Origin: Lama glama
Lineage: Eukaryota
Reading direction: 5' to 3'
Length of the DNA: 64,000 nt
Assembly (NCBI GenBank): GCA_028534125.1
Contig: CM052816.1
Location: 17,858,001-17,922,000 of the forward strand
Shown: one piece after another, positions 1 through 12,145 of the stretch
Layout: each line of letters opens with the position of its first letter
Position numbering within the stretch: the first letter of the stretch is position 1
Notes under the pieces: model-generated
What the model was told of the DNA's origin: nothing
What the model saw: the letters and a program-made list of their open reading frames with translations, nothing else
The model's database searches: none
Program-made: the position numbers and the translations under genes

Positions 1-899
1 TGGATTACTGGGCGTGCCCACTTCAGCTGGAAGCCAATCGGTACTGACGGCCCTGTTGCTCCAGGCTCAGAGCCCAGTCTCGGCGGGCACTGGGCAGCTG
101 CTGGACAGAGGCAGGGCAGGGAGACAAGTGCACGAGGAACAACAGAAGCCCAAGTGCAAATCTAGCTATGCACGACAGCTCCACATTAACCTTCGCAGAA
201 GCTTTCCTGGAAGGAAGCCTTGGCAGAGCCAAGCCAGCAGCTGGGTTTATGACTTTTCAAACCATCTGAACAATGAACGGGTTACTTGTCTGCAGCATTT
301 GGTCCACTTGTGAGTGACCTGAGGATGCCTGGCATGGGAAGGAAACTGTTGTTCAGGTGACCAACCAGCTACCTGTCTACCTGTGAATGTGCAGCCTTGT
401 CCTGAGTGCCTGTGAGACAGGAGCTGGTGTTCCCTTTGAGTGCTCTATTCTTCTGCTGGGTCTGCCCAATGCAATAGCCAGGAGTAGCTACCAGCAACAG
501 AGGGTGGATAGCCTAAATCCTACTCAGGGCCTTGATGCCAGGACCATGCCTCCCTCTGGGCCATGGTTAGTAAATCCATGCCTGCTGATGGCTGAGGGGG
601 CCTGGTGCAAGGGTGCCCTGGGTTTGTGCAGGATGAATGATGAGGATTTGTAATCTGAATTTGCATCTTCTGACTGAGGTCTTACACAAGGCAGTGTGCA
701 GGGCAGAATGACATTGCAGAGAAGTACTAACTGAAATTCAAGCGCCCAGCAGAGCACCAGCACAGACATGGACACTGAGGTCATCCAGGATCAAGGTTCG
801 TAATTTCTTTTGCCTTCGCGTGTCTTAGGTTTACCCTGGTCTGCCCAGGGCTCCTGCTGTGAGCAGAATATCCCTGTTGCAGAAGCATGGCGTGGCAGG

Positions 900-1148
900 C
901 AGAAGAGCAGAGGGGTGGAAAGTTCTGCTTCTGGATTCAAGCAGATCTGTGTTCAGTTCAGAAACCTACCCTGTGGATGACTTTGGGCAAATACTTTAAC
1001 TAGTTTAAGTTCATGTCTTCACTGGAGAGGTGGAGATACAGACAATGGTATCTCCTCATGGAATTGTGTGAAGGTTTACATGGAGTAATCAATGTAAAGC
1101 ACTTGGAATGGGACCCGGTACATAACCCCCAGTAAATGCCATTATTTC
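900..1148 (+). mobile_element. MIR SINE relic
   Basis: MIR-like core (gactttgggcaaatactttaac...cctcatggaattgtgtgaagg...gtaaagcacttggaa); boundaries approximate. Confidence 0.65.
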
Positions 1149-2680
1149 CACCACTGTCATCATCATCAGCATCGTCAGCTACATTATAATTGGTAATAGG
1201 AAGGTCCATTGAACAGCAACCTTTCTGTTCTCTGTCATCAGTACCTTGCATTCAGTCAAAAATTATAAAACCCTTCTTGATTCCTGCTCCGTGTCGGAAG
1301 ACAGGGACGTCCACACGGCTTTGGTTTCTGCTGTCATAGAACTTACACCTTCTAGGGGTAAAAATTCATACACTTATTAAATTTCAATCATAAGTGTAAA
1401 AATAAGCAATGCCCCACGTGGTTATTAATTGCAGGGAAAAGTATAGTAATGATATTCATCTGTTGACAAACAGCCATGACCCGCAAGGTCTTTCCGTGGT
1501 TCATTTCACTGTCAGTCTGTGTCACAAAAATACTGTTGCTCTGGAAAGTGAGGCATGGAGAAGTAAGTCAGAGCCGCTGCAAAGCTCCTGCCCGTTCTTT
1601 GGTCTTGGCGTTCAGGAGACACTCCCTTTCCCCTTTTCCGCCTCCTGGGCCTCCCCCTCCTGTTCCGCTCCTCCTTCCTTCACCCCCAAGCACACGGCCA
1701 TTTGAAACCTGGGCACTCCAACGATTTCTTCAGGAGAAGAAGCAAAGATGCAGATCATGTCTCTTGTGATCTCCGCCTCTGCCCGCACTTGCTTCGGGTG
1801 TTGTCATCTCCTCGCACCTTCCTGAACAGATGCAAGCATCCTGTATCCAGGGAAGTGCCGTGGGTGCCTCAGAGCTGCAGATTTCCCTTGAAACGGAGGA
1901 GTTTATTCCATGAGATTATTCACGAGTCCCAGAGTTTGGTGACCAGAAATCTGGATTTAGAATAGCAGCTTCAGCTGTCTGCCCCTCTCCAAGTCAAAAG
2001 GGGAGAGAGAGAATGAATTCCGTAGTTTTTCTTCCTTCAAACCACTCCTGAGGGATTCTGAGGAGTATTTCCTGTAGGAGGCCCACTGGAGAGCTGGCTC
2101 CACCCTCAGGCGAGCATCCGTCTCAGCTGGTACCTAATGCCTTGTTGTCAAAAGGCATTTTTCTATTCTGTGACACATCCAGCCTTGCCTTTTCCACAAA
2201 CCTCCATTCATGTGATCATTAAAATATGTAAATCCAGCCCCTGGCAGCACTCCACAGTGAATGAGCCTGCACCTCTGGGTTACCGCTCCCTGCTCAGCTG
2301 TGCCTTGGCTTTAAAACATCGGTATAATTGACCAGGGTTTTGGAAACTTCATGTCTACATTTATTATTTCCAATGCACATTTATATCTCAGGAGACTTTT
2401 TGTAAGGTGGGGGGAACTTCTATGAGTTTAAGAGGCAGAGCCCACCCCTGAGACATCTGTCAATGAGACGGACAGTATATGCATAATGATCTTGCTACCC
2501 ACTTGTCTTAGTTGGAGAGGACAATGAATGGTTAGATACTTTTTTAATACTAAACCACTTAGGTGTTGGGGATTATCTGTTGCAGTAGCGACTATTACCC
2601 TAACTCATACAGAAATTAATTCAAAAGATGTTGATTGAGCACCTGCTAGGAGACAGGAGTTGTGCGAAGGTCTGGGACCC

Positions 2681-3045
2681 CGCCTTAGCTCAGGACTGCT
2701 CTAACAAAATACCGCAGACTGGATGGCTTAAACAACAGACAGTTATTTCTCATAGCTCTGGAGGCTGGAAGTCCATGATCAAGGTGCCACCAGAATCTGT
2801 TCTTGGGGAGGGCCTTCTTCCTGGCCTGCAGACGACCACCTTCTCTCTGTACCCTCATGTCATGGTGGAAAGACATGGGGCTCCGGTCTCATCTTCTGGT
2901 AAGGACACTAATCCTATCATGGGGGCCCCCACCCTCATGACCTCATCTAAAGTTCATGAGCTCCCAAAAGCCCCACCTCCTAATACCATCACACTGAGGC
3001 TTCAACATATGAATCTGGGGGGACACAAACATTCAGTCCATAACA
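2681..3045 (-). mobile_element. MaLR solo LTR (MLT1A-like) inserted into an L2 relic
   Basis: 365 bp with typical motifs (aacaaaataccgcagactgg, gctggaagtccatgatcaaggtgcc, gggacacaaacattcagtccataaca); 5-bp TSD GACCC at 2676-2680 and 3046-3050. Confidence 0.85.
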
Positions 3046-3839
3046 GACCCCAGGGACAGAGAATGGGGAGGAAAATTTGCTGTCATGGAACTGATTTCCT
3101 AGGGCAGCACCATCTGGCCAGTATGATGTGCAGGTGCTCTGCCCATACATAGGTTGTTCTCAGCAGGGCAAGGGCTCTGTTTTTATGCACCTTCATGTCC
3201 CTGCTGCCTAGTCCCATGGGTTTCCGTGTGTGGAACGTAATATGGGTTTGAAAATGTGTCCCTGGTGGCCTGGCATTGATCCTGGCTACTGAAGAGGTGT
3301 GACCTCCCGTCTTTCTTCCTAAATAGGAGAGAAAGAGGCCTTCCAAGGTAGTCCACTGTCTGAAAGATCAGCTTTATTTTTAACCATGTCATAGAAAAGG
3401 GAGCTTAAACCTCTAATTGCTCCCATCAGAGCCAGAGCACCTGCTGGTTCTCGCCGAAGCCTCCATTAGCATGTTGCATCTCTCCCTGGGCTGCCAGGCT
3501 GGTAATCTGAAAGGGAAATAACTTCTGCTTGGGCGGCGGAGGGGACTCATTGTTGCTAACTGCTCACCGTGTCTATCACTGTCTCACCTCTGCTTTTGAG
3601 GAGAGAAATCAATAGCGTTTTAAATGTCTTGCTAAGTAAGTGTTTATGAAGCAGGTTCCCTGGGGGCTTAGCCCGGGGCAGCGCTCAGGGCAGCAGCGGG
3701 CAGGCCTGGAGCAGGAAAAGCTGCTGAGGTGCAAGAGCTTCACTCCCACCCCGTTCTCATTCTCGCCCCGGCTCAGGAGTGGGCTGGGCTCTTTGAGCTG
3801 CGACATGAATCAGCCTGCTTGGGGATAAGGAGGAAAGGC

Positions 3840-4170
3840 AGTATTCATTCATTCACCCGTGAGCTCCATGGTATACCTTCTGAGCTTTGTGCTGACGCCC
3901 GGGCTCACCGCCTTTGTCCTCAAAGCGCTCCCTGCTGGAGGGAGGGAGGGAGGCACACCAGTCGTGATAGTTGTGGAACATGTGTCCTGCTTCCTGATAG
4001 ACGGGAGGTGGAGAGACTGAGGGAGCCCAGAGGAGGACCCTGGGGAGCAGGGGAAGGAGGGAGAGGGGATAGGCAGAGAGGGCTTCATGAATGGAAGAGG
4101 AGGAAGTCTCTGGCTTTCCTGCCATTTCTCCAGAATCCCCAAGTGTGGCAAAAGATATGGGTCAGGGCGT
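3840..4170 (-). mobile_element. L2 LINE 3' relic
   Basis: Begins with the attcattcattca L2 tail in antisense; purine-rich L2-like body. Confidence 0.5.
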
Positions 4171-6769
4171 GACAAGCAGAGAGACCTGGGACTGTGTGAT
4201 CAGCCGCTACTCAGGTTACCCGGTGGAGAAGGGTTAGGAAATGAAGTGATGTGGACCAAAGCGGGGCCCAGTGGATGTAGGTCCCAGCTTTCCCCCCACC
4301 CCTCTCCCCGCCCCTCTGTCTTCCTTTTTGCCAAGCTCTGTGTTCTCACCCTGAGCGGTCTTTTCTGGGCAGGCTCCACATCTGTCTGGTTCCCTGGGGA
4401 GCCAGCCCGGAGCAGCATCTGACACGCAGAGGGCATCCAAGCCGGAGAAAAGGCAGCCCTGCCCCTGCCCTGGTGACTGGACTTCCTCTCTGCATGTTCT
4501 CACCACCCTCGAAAGGCTTAGCTGAGGGAAACGGTGACTTGGGTGGTCACCCGGGCACCAAGGGTGAGGAGTTGCCAGCAGACCTAGGGCCCACCCTCAC
4601 GCCCCAGCTTGGGTTGGGCACAGTCCCAGCAAGGCTTGGTTAGGACTCATTCATGTGACAAGGGCATACAGTGACTTCAGGACCATAACTTCCTCCCGTC
4701 AAGTCAAAGCGCTGGACAGCCATCCCGAGGGCATTGGTAAACAAGACAGTCAGTCATGCAGAGCAGTGACCAGAGGCTCCCCAGAGCAGAGGCCTTAGGT
4801 GAGCATTGTCTGTGGTCCTGGCCTTCACCCCCTCCCCTCCTACCTACATTCACCCTGCTGTGGTTTCGCCATCCTTCTCCCCATCTGTCCATTCCTTCTA
4901 GAAAATCAGGCACCTTGCAGACAGGTATTTGTGCCTTATAAAGAAGGCTCTGCTTGGAAGTGGCTTTCTGGACAGTGTGAAGATCCCGTGTCTTCGTCAG
5001 GGCTTCTCTGATTCAGGGCTGGGGAGCTTGGCCGGCAGGCAGCCGACGCTGGTCCTGATGCAGTGACACTGCTGGCTGCTCCCACTCTCCCTGTCCTCCA
5101 GAGGGCGGGGACAGAAGAAGTTGCAGCACAGACACCTGCTGAAATAGCACTAATTTGGCCTGATTTAAATTCAGAGGCTAACATGTGTGGTCCTCTGCAC
5201 GCCAGTGCCAGGGCCTGAGGAGTGGCTTATGGTCTCGCTCGTGGGGGAGGAGGCCGGATGTGGAAGGACTCGTAGTGGCCCGCTGCCTGCAGCTGCATCT
5301 GCCCTCCCCACCCCCGCCGAGGCTGTGCGAACCTGCTCCTGGACCCCTCTGGACCACTGGCACTTACCCTTTTGTGCTACCTGATTTTTGTCAAGCTTTG
5401 TCATCTGGAAAAGACAGCTGCCTGTTATCCGTGTCGTCCATGCCCATCGTCCATGCCAGCCCTGCCCTGGATGCCAGATCTGCAGTGCCCTTTCTCAGCT
5501 CTTGGTCTGTCATCACCACGTGGTTCCTCGAAGGACCGCAAGCTGCCTTAACTACGGCCTAACAGTTCGCTCCGGAGTCCCACTCACCTCCGTTTCATTT
5601 CTAGTTCTCTTAGACCGCAGCTTTAAGCTTGGATGCATCCTTTAACCTCTGAGCCAACCTCAGGTCTCTCAGCTGTGAAAGGGGCATGAGGAGGGCGATA
5701 ATGCTCAGTCCACGGGAGTGGCCAAGACCGTGAGATACTGCCTGTGAAATACTTCACACGGGGCTGGAACCCAGGAAATGCTCAGTCAGGCCACCTGCTG
5801 TCGCCATGGTCTTCAGCAGCTGCCTGTAGAGGTTTACAGCCCACCATGGAGACCCTACCTCTTGGCTCATTTAGGGGTAGTGTAAGGAGTTACCGACACC
5901 ATCTTTGTGAAGTGCTTACAGTGAGGTGGGCACCTGCTGGGTGCTCTGTAGGTGGGAGAGGCTTCCCCCGCGGTGCTTTGCAGAGAGGAGTCTGTGTCTG
6001 TCTCCCTCCCCACTGTCTCCCTGCTTCCTTGGAGGGGCCTGGCCCTTAGGAGCAGGTGCTGAGGCTGCAGAAAAACTCTGTTCTCGCAGGATCCTGAGAG
6101 CTTGGGGTTAGTATCTATCCTTCAAAAAGGTAGTCTACTGACTCTGGATGGCTCCGTGTGGGAGACTGCGAGTGTTTTTTAAGGGGGATGCTTTAAAGCA
6201 GAAACACTTTGAAATGGGACCCAAAGCACAGCCCACCTTGTTGTAATTATGCTATGTATAATTTACAAGGAAGAGTGTGCTCTTGTGATTCTGGGGGAAG
6301 TGTTTACAAGACAAAACTCTTCATTGCTGTACATATTAAAATTTTTTTAAAAATCTCTGGGAAGAATTAGAATTAAACATACACTCGGTAGCTGCTCGGT
6401 TCTCCCACTAGGGAGTACGTACATCTCGGCACGCGGCGTAATTACATTTGCCATTTGCAGAGGCACTTGGGTTATGTGAACTCTAAGAAGTTCACCATGA
6501 GATCTGGTGCATTTTGGAAACTGGTACTGGTTAAGGGTAAGTCGAGCTATAGTGTAATGGAGAGAAGTCTACTCTTGAAGCGAGGGAGCTGAGTGTGAGG
6601 CCTGGCTCTGATGTGCAGTTAGTAGAAAGCATGGCTGAGTCTCTTCATCTCTTCCAAGTCTGGGCTCCCGTGGGCAGTACAAAGAGACTAAAGGAACCGG
6701 ATGAGATCCCACGAGTGTCAAGGTTACTGTTGGTTTGATTCGTGAGACTTACATTCTTTTTACAATAAA

Positions 6770-7400
6770 ATGATAAATTATATATATATATATATGTTAT
6801 TGAACATGAAGAAGAGAAAGTACAGATCAAATACAGAAAAGGCAGATTTTTATTAACAAAACTTGAATGATGTTTTGTTGTGCATTGAAATCTGCTTTTT
6901 TCACTTTGAGATCTAGTGCAAACATTTCCCACATCAACTCTTTGAGAAATTGGTTTTTGACGGCTGCATAGCATTGTGTTATATGATGTATTTAAGCCAT
7001 CTCTGGGTTCAAACTGTTTGCTCTGTTTTTTTTCCTATTCTAAATGAACATCTTTATAAATAAGTTTTGGTACACATCTTTGATAGGATAAATAGTTGTA
7101 ATAAAAATACTAAGTCAAAGATACAGATAATTTTAGGCCTTTTGATCCGTATTGCCAATCTATCTGCCCCCAAATAACCAACTTACACCATGTCATACTA
7201 GCCAGTTGCTGACATCCTTTTCAGTCCTGAGTATTGCTTTAAAAGAGACAGTTTTTTTTTAATATGGGCTATTTGCTAGAACCCCCTAAAATCGATTCTT
7301 ATTTTAGTTTGAATTTCTTTGCTCACTAGCAAGGTTGAATGCTTTTTCTTTTTTATTTGGCAGTCTGTAGTTCTTGTGTGAACTGCTGTTTGGCTCTTGG
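6770..7400 (-). mobile_element. Old L1 (L1M-type) 3' relic
   Basis: AT-rich with degenerate L1 3' motifs (ggctgcatagcattg, ttcttattttagttttgaatttctttgctcactag). Confidence 0.5.
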
Positions 7401-9167
7401 TAATTAGAGACCGCGTTAAACATCTTTGTTCCTGCCCTGAATTGCTGAGGCACAGTCATGACGGTTCATTAAGCTGTGTTGAGTCATCTTGGATCAGATC
7501 TTTAAACCGGTCATTTGTCCACCAATAAACGTGTGTGGAATAAATGCTCAGTGAGTCACAATGCGGTCGTTGGATGGCTGTAGGGCCAAGAGCTAACGGC
7601 CACCCTCCCCAGGAGTGGCAGGACATTACTTCATCTGCTCCTCCGCTCACCCACCACTCTGCCCCGCATCCTTTTCAAGTGTGCTGGGCTGTGCTTTAGG
7701 CTTTTAGTTCCTGCGCTCAAGAACTTTGGTCTGAAGGAGAGGAGTTCATGATACAGTGTTAATTTGGAAACCCTTCAGCACACCAGTCCATCTTAAGAGG
7801 ATGCATTTGACCCATAGAAAGTACACATGTTTTCATGAACAGGCGGAAGCTTCTCAGCACACCTTATTTCGGAGGGTGTGTCCGCCTTCTTAAGTGCTTC
7901 CCGAGGAGCAAATTTAAGCACCAAAGAGATCAAATTCAGTTTGTAGAAAACAAAACCAAACCTTCTTGAGTGTCTTTTTTTTAGAAGCTAATAAATGTGG
8001 TTTCTTCTTGACCTCCACCTTGCCCCTTTGCGTGATCTCTGACCTGTCTGCCAAACTAAGCTTGGAAATCATTGCTGGAGTCAGGTGTGCAAGGCCCTTG
8101 GAGGCAGGCAGACACGGAGTCTCACCCCAGCTCTTGGGCCTGTGACTCATCTTCTCTGGGTCTCCATTTCCTAGCACATAAGGTCTGGAAATCAACCTTA
8201 CCTCACCAGTGCTGTTGTAAGGATCAGTCAAGGTGCTGATTTCAAACATCTGGTACAGAGTAGATAATTAATAATTCTCAGTATCACTATTAGTAGTAAA
8301 GTCACATAAGTTTACCATGAAGGAAATCTCTGGTTGGTTATAACAAAAGATTGTGTAGTTGGCTTTGACTTCAATATTTGCCACTTTCTGGATCTGTTTG
8401 GACCTTAGTTTCGCAGATCTGAAACTTGATTTTGTCTTCTCACTGAGAATGGCTCAGTCTCTGAGGTATGAGGTAATATTAACCAAGTTTCCAAGAAACC
8501 ATTGTATAAACCCAAAACAGGATAGCTTATCACGTCCAGCTGGTTGTCAGATAGGTGGGGACTGGAGTCCTCCCACGACAGGTCAGCCCTTCTCCCCTCC
8601 AGGAGAGCCTTGTGAGAGCCAGATTATAATTAGTGCCTGTCAGGTGAGCAGGGAATTGGAGCAAGGGAACTTAGTTGATGGGAACAAGCCAATTTAACCA
8701 CCCCCGCTCCAGCTAGGATACTGTGATGACCTGTTCTTCTTACAGGATTAGTCTTACACGACCATCCATGAACCGTGGATCCTTCAGGGACAGTTTCAAT
8801 GGGCATTGCCCGTACTTGTCTCTCAAACTCTCATTTTCTTCTTGGTTCTACACTGACCATTTCCTTTTCTGATCGACACATCGCCTGTCTGGCTGTGTCA
8901 CTGTCTTTAAACCAGCTATGAATTACCACTAAGTCTTTCATTCTAGAACTGAGTATCGGTAGGAGATTTTGCACATGTTCACTTGAACATCGATTCTGTC
9001 ATTCACTTCTCTGAGGCCAGTTTCATTTCTAGAGAGCCCTTGAGTGGGTGAGCAGGTGAGAGGCACACACCTCGCTGTCCTCCCTACTCGTGACCCATCT
9101 GCAAATTTCCTACCTTCCTGGTGTGGGATATGACACCCACCCCCAGGGATGACATCCCCACCAACAC

Positions 9168-9216
9168 ACATAGCATCTCTTTTTTTTTTTTTTTGACTGT
9201 GTCTCTTAAATCTTTC

Positions 9217-9263
<47 letters not shown>

Positions 9264-9274
9264 TAGCATCTCTT
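9168..9274 (-). repeat. TSD-flanked poly(T)/TTTC micro-insertion
   Basis: Exact 14-bp direct repeat acatagcatctctt at 9168-9181 and 9261-9274 flanking T-run + 18 nt + TTTC/T30. Confidence 0.85.
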
Positions 9275-10104
9275 GATGTCCCAGAAAGCTGGGAGAAGTC
9301 TCAGGGCTTCCTCCTGCTCAAGGTGCCCCTGACTGTGTGAACACACTAAAAGCCTCCATGTGCTGGCTGTGTGAACATTCTCTGCTAGGTCCTGTTTTCT
9401 GTCGTTTAGAGCCAGCAAGTGGTGGTGGCAGGAATTACCTTTCCTCTGAGACATAGCGTTTTGCCTGGGGGGAGTCTGGCTGAGATGATTTTTCTCCTCT
9501 GTCTCACCTGGCCAGAGAGTCCGCGTCCTCTCACCGCAATTGCCACTCACTCAGCCCTGCCCTCAGTTCCTGGGAAGGCAGCTTGCTTCCCACGGAGGAG
9601 ATTCACAGCTCTGGCGTGGTGACATCTCCTCCAACAAGTGGGACCTCTGATCTGCTACAGGCACCCTGACTTAAAGAAGGGAGCGGAGGAGGTGTGGGTG
9701 CCTTGAGGCAGAACATCCCCTCCCTCTCACCATCGCAATTCTGGGGAAGATGGATAAGTTGGCTTCCTACAATCTGAAAGAGTTTGAGGGTGGTACGTTC
9801 ATTCTGGCCACAGACACCACTCTCCCTGTGGTCCATCCCATCACTCTGGCCAGTTCCTCACCCAGCAGGCTTTTCAGTGGGGGGCAGCCACGAGTTTCCC
9901 TTGAGGTTTAGTTCCCTGCCTGCTCCTGTGCAAGGAGAAAGAGGGGCACAGAGGGGTGGTGGGTACCAGGCCAGAGGGGAGGCCACTGCCAGATGGCTGA
10001 CCAGCTAATCCAGCAGTAATAGGTTGATGGGAGAAGTGTCCCCATGCCTGGGCAGACCTACTCTGTTAAAACACCGTTTAGTGATTCCTCTGGTTAGTCT
10101 GGGA

Positions 10105-10298
10105 CTGGGCTGCCCAATATGGTCACTACCACCACATTTGGCTACTAAAATGAATTTAAATTCAGAAAAACTGGAAGTTCGGTTGCTTGGTCACATTAGC
10201 CACATTTCAGGTGACCCACTTGGCCAGTGGCTGCCATGTTGGATCCTCTGGTGTAGAACCTTTCTATTGCCACGGAACGTTCTACTAGCACTGCTCTG
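10105..10298. mobile_element. hAT-Charlie non-autonomous DNA transposon (MER3-like)
   Basis: Motifs gctgcccaatatggtcacta...cacattagccacatttcagg...gtggctgccatgttgga...gttctactagcactgct. Confidence 0.65.
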
Positions 10299-10721
10299 GG
10301 GAGTGATCACTGGCTCTACAAAAGACTCCACCTTGGAGGTCCTTTAATGCTAGAATGTTTTTGTAAGCATTGGCTTTATATAAAACTGGCCTTAGAGCTT
10401 TTAACAACTACATTGTGTAAATTGGGACCTGTTTGTCTCTGAACGTGTTGCCTCTTTGACAAACACACATTCCCACTAATAAAATAATCAAGTTCAAAAG
10501 ATAAAAAGAACTAGAGGAGAAAATGTCCAGACTGAGAAGCGGGGTACCAGAGCCCCATGCCTCTCATTAGAAATTCTTGCCACTGTCACCCTAGCCTGTA
10601 CGTGATCCTTGCCCTCCAGGTATCTTGTCCCGAGTTCCAGATTCAGTCACCTGGGTTTGGAGTTCTTTATGAAATGTAACAATTATAAAAATAAGTAAGT
10701 TTAAGTTTTTAGAGCAAAGAT

Positions 10722-10857
10722 TTTACTTATTCAGTAGGTATTTACTGAATGCCTACTGAGTACCAGGCAGAGCCCAGGCAGAGCCCAGATTCTCTGGCAC
10801 CTAGCCCAGGGCGTGGCACATAGTAGGCATTTAGTAAACATTTATCAAGTGAGTGAA
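10722..10857. mobile_element. Two inverted L2 3'-end fragments
   Basis: Antisense tatttactgaatgcctactgagtaccaggc followed by sense gcgtggcacatagtaggcatttagtaaacatttatcaagtgagtgaa. Confidence 0.75.
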
Positions 10858-11049
10858 TATATTATTCACCATAAAAAAGTCCACTAAGCCATTCAGTCTG
10901 CTTTTTCTCTTTTGCTCTCCATGAATCTTGAGGGTACTAGGCCCAGCTATTCAGACCAACAACTGGGAGGGAGATTCATCCTGTTCTAGGCATCGTGGGA
11001 TTCTCAGGGCTCTGGAAGCTGGTTCCCTAGTTCCATATTTTAATGTAGT

Positions 11050-11485
11050 TGTGTTAGTCTGGGGTTCTCTAGAGAGAGAACCAATAGGATGTATTGAGTG
11101 TGTGTGGGTACAGAGATTGATTAATGGATGGCTTTTAAGGAATTGCAGTTGTAGGGGCTGGCAAGTCCAAAGTCTGCAGGGTAGACCAGCAGCCTGGAGT
11201 CCCAGGAAGAGTTGATACTGCAGCTTGAGTCCAAAGATAGTTTGCTGGCAGGATTCCTCTTCTTTTTTGGAGATGGTCAGTCTTTGTTAACAGATCTTCA
11301 ACTAATTGGATGAGGCCCACCCACATTATGGAACATAATCTGCTGTACTCAGCATCTACTGAATTAAATGTTAATTCATCTAAACAAAATACCTGTACAG
11401 AAACATCTACTATAATGTTGACCATCTAGTATAATGTTTGGATGCTATGGCCTCGCCAAGCTAACACATAAAAGTAACCATCACA
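11050..11485 (-). mobile_element. ERVL solo LTR (MLT2-like)
   Basis: tg...ca ends (tgtgttagtctggggttctctagaga...cataaaagtaaccatcaca); 5-bp TSD gtagt/gtggt. Confidence 0.85.
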
Positions 11486-11869
11486 GTGGTCTTGTCTTCC
11501 CTCTGTTTGGAGGAGGTGGGATGCTGTTCCTGTCCTGGTCCCGACCACGCCCAGCGCGGATGTTCTTCCTTATGTGGCTCTTTGCCCAGGCCAGGCCTGT
11601 TCCCTCTGATGTCCGTCGTTGTGGCCAGATGACCTCAGGTGCCTAGAAGTACACCTCTTGCAGTTGCATTTCTCTGTGTGTCTTCTATAGAGCAATCATT
11701 TCACCATTCATCAAGCCAGCTTCCCACCTAGTTTTTATAGATTATTCCTTGAGCCCTATTTTCATTAGCCATATAGTCCCAAGTCAGTCCCAAGTCCCAC
11801 TTTTCTAGCTGTCTTGAGCAGTTTCTTCTCTCCTTCAGCTAGAGGGAAGTATCATGATCAGAGGGGAAG

Positions 11870-12145
11870 TATCATGAGTTTGGAGTCAGGCAGATGTGGA
11901 CTGCAGCTTTGGTTCTACTGCTGGCCTGCTGTAACCTCTGTACACCTTAGCATTCTCATCTGTAAAATGGGATAACTGTTGTCTCATGGACCCTTCTGTA
12001 GCACTTTTTATTCAGTTGTGAAACTGCCTCTTGATCTGCTTGTTCTTTGAGGCCAGAAACTATGCATCACATAAATAGAAGAGCTGTCAGAATATAATAG
12101 ATGCTCATGAAATATCTGGTGATTAAATGTTGAATGAATGAATGG
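11870..12145 (+). mobile_element. MIR fragment followed by an L2 3' end
   Basis: tttggagtcaggcaga...ctcatctgtaaaatggga (MIR), then gttgaatgaatgaatg (L2 tail). Confidence 0.6.

Noticed and set aside
14..313. ORFs at the window start as a possible upstream SPOCK1 exon or small gene
   Set aside because: No frame matches the testican Kazal-domain exon, and there is no convincing splice or protein-family signal.
2628..3152. 174-aa + strand ORF
   Set aside because: Lies across an MLT1 LTR and L2 relic; a chance open frame.
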